Source of the DNA: a virus
Length of the DNA stretch: 64,000 nucleotides
Reading direction: 5' to 3' (one strand)
Virus record (IMG/VR): IMGVR_UViG_3300025732_000018
Made by a program: the position numbers and the translations under genes. Below are positions 1 to 7,814 of this stretch, one piece after another; the stretch's first letter is position 1, and every line of letters starts with the position of its first letter. The notes beneath the pieces are model-generated. The model did no database searches, was not told where the DNA came from, and was given only the letters and a program-made list of their open reading frames with translations.

Positions 1-269
1 ATGGATCGCAACAGGCCGCGATCGCCGAGATCACTGAATATAAAGTTACCAGCATACCGGGAGACGACAGGAACGTCGATCACTACGGCATAGTAGTCAA
101 CAAGGAGACGTTTGACGAGGATGCCGACCTGTCCACCTACGTGTACACTGAGGTCAACGCGTTCGACTCGGAGCTAGAAGAGAACACGTCGAAGCTAAAG
201 ATAGTCCTGCTGAACGAGCAGTATCTCATGCAGGCCAAGGACGAGCTGGTGAAGAAGCTAAATGAGTAG
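1..269 (+). CDS. gp53: Baseplate wedge protein gp53-like, 5'-truncated by the window edge
   Basis: Not in the ORF track. The frame from nt 3 reads GSQQAAIAEITEY...VNAFDSELEENTSKLKIVLLNEQYLMQAKDELVKKLNE* (TAG 267-269), resembling the gp53 C-terminus. It lies upstream of the hub and gp5 genes. Confidence 0.65.
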   Translation, partial: GSQQAAIAEITEYKVTSIPGDDRNVDHYGIVVNKETFDEDADLSTYVYTEVNAFDSELEENTSKLKIVLLNEQYLMQAKDELVKKLNE

Positions 270-1617
270 ACCTGGTCAGGTAGTCGTAGAGAAGATCCTA
301 GTTCATGACTTCAACAAGACTCGGTCGTTCAACATCACTGACGATCTGGTCTCACTGAAGATCCACGAGGACGTGTTCAAGAACACGATGTACGGACACA
401 TCGTCTTCCTCGACAAGATGAACGCGCTCGAGGAGCTTCCGATACTGGGAGAGGAGTACCTCTCTATCAAGTTTCACCTGCCGTTTGACACGTCGAAGAA
501 GAGGGAGTTTGAGTTCTTCATCTACGCCATAGAGGGTCTCTCGTTCGACGACTCTCAGAGGTACACCGCGGTCACACTTAAGTTCGTCAGCTTCGAGCAG
601 ATCACCAACGCCAAGAAGCTCATAAGCTACGGGTTCAGGGACGGCAAGGTCACCGACTACGTCAAGAAGGTGATCGAGGACCAGGTGTTCTTAAACAGCA
701 AGAAGAAGCTCAAGGTTCAGGACTCGACCGAGACGAAGACTCTCGCGCTTCCGTACTTGACTCCGTTCGAGATGATCGAGTTCTTTAGAAAGAACGCCTT
801 CAACTCTAACACCAAGACCAGCTCGTACATGTTCTTTGAGAACGCCGAGGGCTTCAACTTCTACACCCTCGAGGGTCTCATCAAGGAGAACCGAGAGAAC
901 CCGATAAAGCTGTACTACCAGCCGACTCAGGACAAGAAGGACGAGGAAGACCTTCTCTATAAGACCAGGACTATCACCAACATCAGCTACGTATCTCTAA
1001 ACGACACATTGGAGTCGATGAGGCGAGGGACGTACAACACCAAGATGATGTTCTTTGACTTCAACACCAAGGTCTTCAACACAGAGCAGTTCAAGATACT
1101 CGACGAGTTCCAGAACTTCACACACCTCGACCAGAACGGCGGGCTAAAGAACAGCGAGGAGTTCTTGAAGAGCATTGCTCCAGACTCGACCGAGTACTAC
1201 GTGTTCAACAAGTCCTACTTCCTTCCTGACGACAGCTCTCGCGACAACAACACTACTCTTCTGTCAGTCAAGGAGATGGCCAAACACTTCGCCTATCTCG
1301 AGATGCTGCAGCAGACTCCTATGGTGTGTAGCATATACGGAGACGCTACCATCAAGGCCGGCGACGTCGTCAACATTCAGATCCCTCAGCCGACGGCTGC
1401 CGAGGCGTCTACCGGAAGGCAGATGCAGAAGTACCTGAACGGCAACTACTTCGTCGGGAGGGTCAACCACGTTATCGAGGGTGACTATTACAAGATGCAG
1501 ATGAACCTGTACAAGGAGTCTTACGCCAGCAAGATCGTCAAGCAGAACCCGTTCTACGCCAATGGGACAGCTAACGTGCTTGAGACTGTTGTCAAGGGTG
1601 GAGGTGGCGCGCCGTGA
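262..1617 (+). CDS. Putative baseplate hub protein (gp27/GpD-like)
   Basis: 451 aa between gp53 and gp5. C-terminal 'IYGDATIKAGDVVNI...LNGNYFVGRVNHVI' is typical of hub/late-control-D-like proteins. Confidence 0.6.
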   Translation: MSRPGQVVVEKILVHDFNKTRSFNITDDLVSLKIHEDVFKNTMYGHIVFLDKMNALEELPILGEEYLSIKFHLPFDTSKKREFEFFIYAIEGLSFDDSQRYTAVTLKFVSFEQITNAKKLISYGFRDGKVTDYVKKVIEDQVFLNSKKKLKVQDSTETKTLALPYLTPFEMIEFFRKNAFNSNTKTSSYMFFENAEGFNFYTLEGLIKENRENPIKLYYQPTQDKKDEEDLLYKTRTITNISYVSLNDTLESMRRGTYNTKMMFFDFNTKVFNTEQFKILDEFQNFTHLDQNGGLKNSEEFLKSIAPDSTEYYVFNKSYFLPDDSSRDNNTTLLSVKEMAKHFAYLEMLQQTPMVCSIYGDATIKAGDVVNIQIPQPTAAEASTGRQMQKYLNGNYFVGRVNHVIEGDYYKMQMNLYKESYASKIVKQNPFYANGTANVLETVVKGGGGAP

Positions 1618-2417
1618 GAAATACATTCTTAGGCGTCAACGACGTCGTCTGGTTCATAGGAGTCGTCGAGGACACCAACGACCCGCTGCAGCAGGGAAGG
1701 GTGAGGGTCAGGATACACGGCCTGCACTCAAAAGACCCTCTCGAGCTTAAGACTAGCGACATACCGTGGGCTCCGGTCCTCATGCCGACGAACATGGGTG
1801 GCTTTCAGGGGTCTGGCTACTCTCCCTCCGGCGCGCTCGCTGGAGCCACGGTCATGGGCGTCGCGATGGACGGCGTCTCGTGCCAGTACCCCATCATACT
1901 AGGAATCCTCATGGGTAACAACATGAGTGACGGAAACATTCCTCCTGGTCCTTACGACAACCTTGACAAGAAAGACCTTCCGAAGCTCAAGCAGGACGCG
2001 TGCGAGGGCTACAACTACCTCAAGAGCATCGGCTACAGCGACGCTCAGGCTGCGGGTATCATGGGCAACCTCGTCGCCGAGTCCGGACTCAACACCAACG
2101 CGCTCAACACGGCCGGCGGCGGCCAAGGCGCGTACGGCATAGCTCAGTGGAGAGGTGCAAGACAGACGGCCCTCCGCCAGTTCGCCGCGGGCAAGGGTAC
2201 CGACCAGGCTGACTACGCCACGCAGCTGGCCTTCATCGACCACGAGTTTAAGACGACAGAGAAACCGGCATACGCCGCCATCAAGAATGCCAACACACCA
2301 GAAGACGCGGCCAATGCTTTCTACAGCAAGTTTGAGCGTCCCGGATCGTCTGACACCTCTGGACCAAAGCGCGCTGCTTATGCTCGTGAGATAGCAAACA
2401 AGTGCTCAATAAGTTAA
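1614..2417 (+). CDS. gp5: gp5 N-terminal part: OB-fold plus phage tail lysozyme (Phage_lysozyme2-like) domain
   Basis: 'WFIGVVEDTNDPLQQGRVRVRIHGLH...IPWA' is the gp5 OB fold. 'AAGIMGNLVAESGLN...AYGIAQWRGAR...QLAFIDHE...FERP' matches tail lysozyme motifs. Confidence 0.85.
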   Translation: MRNTFLGVNDVVWFIGVVEDTNDPLQQGRVRVRIHGLHSKDPLELKTSDIPWAPVLMPTNMGGFQGSGYSPSGALAGATVMGVAMDGVSCQYPIILGILMGNNMSDGNIPPGPYDNLDKKDLPKLKQDACEGYNYLKSIGYSDAQAAGIMGNLVAESGLNTNALNTAGGGQGAYGIAQWRGARQTALRQFAAGKGTDQADYATQLAFIDHEFKTTEKPAYAAIKNANTPEDAANAFYSKFERPGSSDTSGPKRAAYAREIANKCSIS

Positions 2418-2428
2418 TAGGATCGTGA

Positions 2429-5400
2429 ATGAACGTATCACAATTTCTTCCAGCTGGAACTGACAAGCTAGTAAGTGGAGTCATCCCTGTTGGGTGGGAC
2501 AACGCTCTCGTTAGAAACGTGGCCGGAGTAGCTCAGGCCATCACACCCGCACTTGTCGGCGGGCTAGCTCTCAAGACTAACATCGGCGCCCTCACCTCGG
2601 CGCTTACTGGTAGCTTGAACCTAGGAGCCCTGGCGAGTCTTGGTGCTATTGCTTCTTTTAACCCGTCGCAACTAGGCCAGATACTTCCAGCCGCGCTCAA
2701 CCTAACGTCGGTAGTTCCAAGCGCTCTTTCCATGGCTCAGAACTTAGGTGGGAGCATCGGTGGGTTAAACCCTATGGCGATGCTCTCATCGAGCACTGCT
2801 CTGGGTGGTCTCTCGTCTCTCTCGTTCATGAACACCGGTGTCACGCCCCTTCTGTCAGGTATGAGTCAGTTCGGTGGGATCAGCTCTGCTCTGTCTACTG
2901 GAATGCAGGCTCTCGGCGGTGTCGACAAAGTTCTAGGGTCTGCAGCGGGAGCCTTCACGTCGGCGCAGGGAGCATTCAGTAGTCTCGCTCAGTCGGCTAC
3001 CCAGAGCTTGAACGTCGCCATGCTAGGAAAGCCTCAGCTTCTAGACGGTAACACGCAGAGCGTCCTGTCCATGGCCTCGTCGATCAACACGATGGTTGGC
3101 GTGATGAGGCAGAGCTCCGGGTCTTTCTACGGCTCGTCGGCCGGGACGCAGCTCATCAACCAGATCGGATCCATGACGAGTCTCGCCGGCACCATCGGAC
3201 AGTTCGGAGCGAACGCTGCCGGGCTAGCGACCGGGGCATACAGCAACCCACTCGGACTAGTCAAGTCTCTTGCTGGAGCCATCAGTGGATCTGGGTCTCC
3301 TCTGGCCGGCTCAGGTTCTCTACTAGGAGGAATCGGAGGATTAGCACAAGCTTCTACGGCTATCAGCGCTGAGGCCCTGGTGGCGTGTGGGTTCGGCAAC
3401 AGCGAAGTGTACGAGAAGTACGACAGGAAGCCGAGCGCCATGAGCGACCCCGGATTCTGGACCGGAAAGCGACCGACGGACGACCCCGCCAAGAAAGGCG
3501 TCTATAACATGGGAGACTTCATGGGCTCTCAGGAGGCTCAGCAGGAGGTCTACTTCAGGCAGAACAGACAGAACTTCAACACCATGGTATCGCGCGGGCT
3601 GCTCGACGCTTCTACCGCTCAGCAGCAGCTCGGCGGCTTCATGTCTGTCGGGTTCTTTAACATAGCCGACGCCTTCGGAATGAAAGTTGGCGGACCGTCA
3701 GGCATGAACGCCTACGGTATGAACATAGCCAGCGTCTTTGCCTCAAGCGTCCCAGCGGTGTCGAAAGTTCTCTCGGCAGTAGCGACCGGAGCCGCGATAG
3801 TCAACAACGTACTAAACGCAGTATCGGGATTCCCAGGAGTGAGTCAGCTCCTAGGCGGAGTGGGCGGAGGCGCCAACAGCCTCGCTTGGACGGTAGGCAA
3901 CCTTCTCCAGTCGCCGCACATGCTCTCGTCTCAGATGTACAGCTACCTCAAGGAGCCGGACACCAACAGGCTGGCGAGAGGGACTGAGCACTACGACAAG
4001 ACCCCGGCGAACAACTACGACAGCACTCGCTCCATGGGCATACCTAAGCCCGACGGGAGCAAGTGGGAGATGCCTGAGTCGGCCTTCAACGCCAGCTACC
4101 CGCACAACGTCACTCGTCAGACTACCTCAGGAATGGTCGAGGAGTTCGACGGCACGCCCGCGTCTACTCGCTACCACCTCTATCACCCGTCTGGAACTAG
4201 GGTCGAGATCGACAACGCCGGAGTCAAGTCGGAGAGGGTAAACTCTGACAGGTATCTAGAGGTAACTGGAAACGACCACGTCTTCGTCAAGGGAGCCAAG
4301 AACCTAGTCATCGAGGGCGTCACCAACGTCATCATCAAGGACAAGGTGAACATGGTCGTGCACGGAGAGGTCAACGGCGAGTTCAGGAACGACGTCAACT
4401 TCACCGTCAGCGGCAGCATGAACACCATCGCCAAGGAGGCCTTCAGGGTCAAGGCGAGGGAGATACAGCTAGAGGCGTTCGACATCTCTCTGAAGTCTGA
4501 GTACGGTCTGTACGACGAGTCGAAGAGAAGGTCGTCGAAAGTCGGAGAGGGCGGCTGGGACATCAGCGGCAAGGGCGTGGCGGTGTCCATGGAGGGTCTG
4601 TCGGTAAAGATCGCCAAGGACTTCAAGCTACTAGCTGAGGGCAACGTCGAGATAGTATCTGACAAGAAGACCGTGATAGGGTCTGCCGGAGAGCTCATAG
4701 TCGCCTCGACCGACGACCTAGTCATCAGGTCGAAGAAGAACACCAAGGTCATATCAGGACAGACGCTCTTCCTGTCTGCCGGCTCCACGATGCACGAGTA
4801 CCGCGGCGGAACCAAATACGTCGTCAGCATCCCGACGGTCATCGGCGCTCAGCAGCAGACGCTCAGCACTCAGAGGATCGAGGTAGCCGACGTCAAGAAC
4901 GACGACATCAAGCCGGTCAAGGACGTCAACCCCAAGGTCTTCATCGACCTTCAGAAGATAGAGAAGAGAGCGAACCCAAGCAGCCCTCCACCTCCGACTC
5001 CTTACAGCAAGTCTAACGGAGAGAGAACGTCGATCTACAGTGAGAGAGAAGGTGGATCAGGCTCGGGAGCGACGTCGGTACCTACCAGCGCTCAGCCAGG
5101 AAACCAGCCGACCTCTCCTCCGGCAGGAAAGATAGTAGACGCCAGCGAGTTCGCCACCATCATAAGGGGCGACGAGATAGGAGACAGGGTCTACTCGATG
5201 AAGCTGTCCGAGAACTTCCTAGTTCGTCACCTGACTCTGGACCTAGGCCACCACCTCAGGGCTCAGTCCGGTCTGACGGCGGCTCAGATCCTGACCAACC
5301 TAAAGACTTTGGCTGAGAACGTCCTCGAGCCTCTCTACAAGAAGTACTCTTCAAACCTCATCATCACCAGTGGGTTCAGGGACGAGAGAAAGGTCTCGAA

Positions 5401-5638
5401 CAAGTCGTCCCAACACTGCAGGGGTCAGGCTATCGACGTTCAGAACAAAGCCTTCAATAAGTTCTCTCGCCAAGAGTTCGAGAAGTTCAGGTCCGAGATC
5501 CTCTCGACCGTTAACGGCTATGACCAGGTCATCCTCGAGCAGTCGACGAAGGGAAGCCACTGGATACACATCTCGTACAACGCGGCCGGAAACAGGAGAT
5601 CGGTGTTCAACATGACCGGTCAGTCCGGATCGGCGTGA
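2429..5638 (+). CDS. gp5: gp5 C-terminal part: low-complexity N-region, beta-helix spike and C-terminal M15-family peptidase
   Basis: 'SYPHNVTRQTTSGMVEEFDGTP...HPSGTRVEID...GNDHVFVKG' is the gp5 spike start. 'LSENF...LAENVLEPL...ITSGFRD...SQHCRGQAID...DQVILE...WIHISY' matches peptidase M15 Zn motifs. Confidence 0.8.
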   Translation: MNVSQFLPAGTDKLVSGVIPVGWDNALVRNVAGVAQAITPALVGGLALKTNIGALTSALTGSLNLGALASLGAIASFNPSQLGQILPAALNLTSVVPSALSMAQNLGGSIGGLNPMAMLSSSTALGGLSSLSFMNTGVTPLLSGMSQFGGISSALSTGMQALGGVDKVLGSAAGAFTSAQGAFSSLAQSATQSLNVAMLGKPQLLDGNTQSVLSMASSINTMVGVMRQSSGSFYGSSAGTQLINQIGSMTSLAGTIGQFGANAAGLATGAYSNPLGLVKSLAGAISGSGSPLAGSGSLLGGIGGLAQASTAISAEALVACGFGNSEVYEKYDRKPSAMSDPGFWTGKRPTDDPAKKGVYNMGDFMGSQEAQQEVYFRQNRQNFNTMVSRGLLDASTAQQQLGGFMSVGFFNIADAFGMKVGGPSGMNAYGMNIASVFASSVPAVSKVLSAVATGAAIVNNVLNAVSGFPGVSQLLGGVGGGANSLAWTVGNLLQSPHMLSSQMYSYLKEPDTNRLARGTEHYDKTPANNYDSTRSMGIPKPDGSKWEMPESAFNASYPHNVTRQTTSGMVEEFDGTPASTRYHLYHPSGTRVEIDNAGVKSERVNSDRYLEVTGNDHVFVKGAKNLVIEGVTNVIIKDKVNMVVHGEVNGEFRNDVNFTVSGSMNTIAKEAFRVKAREIQLEAFDISLKSEYGLYDESKRRSSKVGEGGWDISGKGVAVSMEGLSVKIAKDFKLLAEGNVEIVSDKKTVIGSAGELIVASTDDLVIRSKKNTKVISGQTLFLSAGSTMHEYRGGTKYVVSIPTVIGAQQQTLSTQRIEVADVKNDDIKPVKDVNPKVFIDLQKIEKRANPSSPPPPTPYSKSNGERTSIYSEREGGSGSGATSVPTSAQPGNQPTSPPAGKIVDASEFATIIRGDEIGDRVYSMKLSENFLVRHLTLDLGHHLRAQSGLTAAQILTNLKTLAENVLEPLYKKYSSNLIITSGFRDERKVSNKSSQHCRGQAIDVQNKAFNKFSRQEFEKFRSEILSTVNGYDQVILEQSTKGSHWIHISYNAAGNRRSVFNMTGQSGSA

Positions 5639-5644
5639 TAAATA
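5637..5644 (+). promoter_or_regulatory. T4-type late promoter (GATAAATA)
   Basis: One mismatch to TATAAATA, immediately upstream of gp25. Confidence 0.6.
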
Positions 5645-5649
5645 TCTAG

Positions 5650-6042
5650 ATGGCTACGAAATCAAGCGTATACTCGGACTTCATGACCAACCTGAACAGG
5701 TCCCCCCTGAAGAAGGACCTGTCGGTTCTGGAGGACGTCGACGCGGTCAAGAAGTCGGTCAGGAATCTGGTTCTAACTAACTTCTTCGAGAGACCGTTCC
5801 AGCCTCTCCTTGGCTCAAACATACGAGCCCAGCTCTTTGAGAACCAGACCCCTACTCTCGACAGCGAGATCAGAAAGAGCATAGAGGACGTCATCACCAA
5901 CTACGAGCCTAGGGCCCAGGTGGTCGACGTCAAGGTCATATCGAACATCGACTACAACGAAATCAGGCTAATCGTCGCGTTCATCGTCCTCGGCAAGGCC
6001 GAGCCTACGGTGGTAGACATTCTAATAGACAGGGTAAGATAG
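5650..6042 (+). CDS. gp25: Baseplate wedge subunit gp25
   Basis: 'YSDF...AVKKSVRNLVLTNFFERPFQPLLGSNIRAQLFE...NYEPRA'; synteny. Confidence 0.92.
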   Translation: MATKSSVYSDFMTNLNRSPLKKDLSVLEDVDAVKKSVRNLVLTNFFERPFQPLLGSNIRAQLFENQTPTLDSEIRKSIEDVITNYEPRAQVVDVKVISNIDYNEIRLIVAFIVLGKAEPTVVDILIDRVR

Positions 6043-7814
6043 TGGCCGACAACTCCTTTCTAAGTCCGGGATCGCTCGACTTCGTCGACATCAAGGAGAA
6101 CCTGAAGAACTACCTCAAGGGACAGAAGACCTTCAAGGACTTCGACTTCGAGGGTTCTAACATCTCCGTCCTGCTCGACGTCCTGGCGTACAACACCTAC
6201 ATGAACGGTTTCTACCTGAACATGGTAGGAAACGAGATGTTCCTAGACAGCGCGCTGATGAGGGACTCTCTCGTCTCCCACGCCAAGGACCTCAACTACT
6301 TCCCTAGATCCGCCGGGTCTGCTCAAGCCGTGGTAGACGTTAACATCAGGGTCACCAACCCGACGGTTCAGTCTGTTACCATTCCGGCCTACACTGAGTT
6401 CAACTCAAGCTACAACGGGACAACGTACGTCTTTACTAACGACGAGTCGATAATAGTGAACAGGTCTCTAGCGAACACGTTCAGCGTGAGCGCGCTATCT
6501 ATCTACGAGGGAGTGGTAGTGACCGAGAGGTTCACCGTGCTACCGGCCTCTAGCCAGAAGCAGAGGTTCATTCTATCTAACAAGAACGTCGACGCCTCGA
6601 GCATAAGAGTCACGGTGTACTCGTCCAACACCAGCACTACCGGAACGCAGTACGACAGGGCCGAGAGCCTCCTTGGACTCCAGCCTACCTCGAAGGTGTT
6701 CTTCGTTCAGGCAGCAGCGTCCGACAAGTACGAGATCCTGTTTGGAGACGACGTCTTCGGAGCGGCGCTCTCAGCCGGCAACGTCGCCAGGATCACCTAC
6801 AGGGTGACGAAGGGAGAGGACGCCAACGGCGTGTCTACTTTCAACGGTCCGTCGGTGTCCGGATACACTACGACCGTCGTCACGATCAACTCCGCCACCG
6901 GCGGGTCTGCCATAGAAGACATCGAGACGATCAGGTACAGGGCACCGAGATACTTTACCGCTCAGGACAGGGCCGTGACCAGCGACGACTACGAGGCGAT
7001 AGTCCTCAAAGAGTTTCCGTACGTTAAGAACATGACTGTATACGGTGGTGAGACGGTAACTTCTTCACCTCAGTACGGAAGGGTGTTCATCTCGGCGGTC
7101 ACGGACGACGGCACCAACCTCACCAACACGCAGAAGAACGACATCAAGAACTTCTTGAAGAAGAAGACGTTCCTCTCGCTCGAGACTTTCTTCGAGGACC
7201 CGGACTACACTTACATAGACCTAAGCGTCTCGGCTGTAGTATCTAAGACCCTGCAGAGGTACAGCCTCCTCGACATGAGAAGCAAGATCATATCTGCCGT
7301 GAAGAAGTTTAACGAGAACAACCTTCAAGACTTTAAGACGACGTTCAGGTTCTCGAAGCTAGCCTCTACGGTTGACGCCGTCGACGAGGCCATCATCAGC
7401 ACTCAGATCGACGTTCGTCTGGTCAAGCAGTACACTCCTATCTTGAACTTCGATGAGAACAAGACTCTCATGTACAACTGCAAGATAGTTCCTGGGTCTC
7501 TGACGACCTCTACTTTCTACTACCTAATGAACAACGTCGAGCGCATCTCGACCCTGATAGACGACAACGGCATCCTCAAGATAAGAAGCACCTCGGCTAC
7601 CGGCAGCGAGATAACTAACACCAACGTCGGAACCGTAGACTATGAGACTGGAAAGGTCGCGATACAACTTCTCAACGTGTCCAACTTTGACGGACCAGGA
7701 CTCAGGGTCTACGTCGAACCGGACAATCAAGACGTGACGTCGACTTACAACCAAGTCATTGAGATCGACGAGCAGTACGGACTCAACGTGGTAGTCACAC
7801 AAGAGTCGAACTAA
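6042..7814 (+). CDS. gp6: Baseplate wedge subunit gp6
   Basis: 'LDFVDIKENLKNYLKGQ..FKDFDFEGSNISVLLDVLAYNT...QDRAVTSDDYE'. The GTG start overlaps the gp25 stop. Confidence 0.92.
   Translation: MADNSFLSPGSLDFVDIKENLKNYLKGQKTFKDFDFEGSNISVLLDVLAYNTYMNGFYLNMVGNEMFLDSALMRDSLVSHAKDLNYFPRSAGSAQAVVDVNIRVTNPTVQSVTIPAYTEFNSSYNGTTYVFTNDESIIVNRSLANTFSVSALSIYEGVVVTERFTVLPASSQKQRFILSNKNVDASSIRVTVYSSNTSTTGTQYDRAESLLGLQPTSKVFFVQAAASDKYEILFGDDVFGAALSAGNVARITYRVTKGEDANGVSTFNGPSVSGYTTTVVTINSATGGSAIEDIETIRYRAPRYFTAQDRAVTSDDYEAIVLKEFPYVKNMTVYGGETVTSSPQYGRVFISAVTDDGTNLTNTQKNDIKNFLKKKTFLSLETFFEDPDYTYIDLSVSAVVSKTLQRYSLLDMRSKIISAVKKFNENNLQDFKTTFRFSKLASTVDAVDEAIISTQIDVRLVKQYTPILNFDENKTLMYNCKIVPGSLTTSTFYYLMNNVERISTLIDDNGILKIRSTSATGSEITNTNVGTVDYETGKVAIQLLNVSNFDGPGLRVYVEPDNQDVTSTYNQVIEIDEQYGLNVVVTQESN

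Noticed and set aside
2405-2435. Programmed frameshift fusing the two gp5 halves
   Set aside because: No slippery heptamer is evident; there is a double stop plus a separate SD and ATG.
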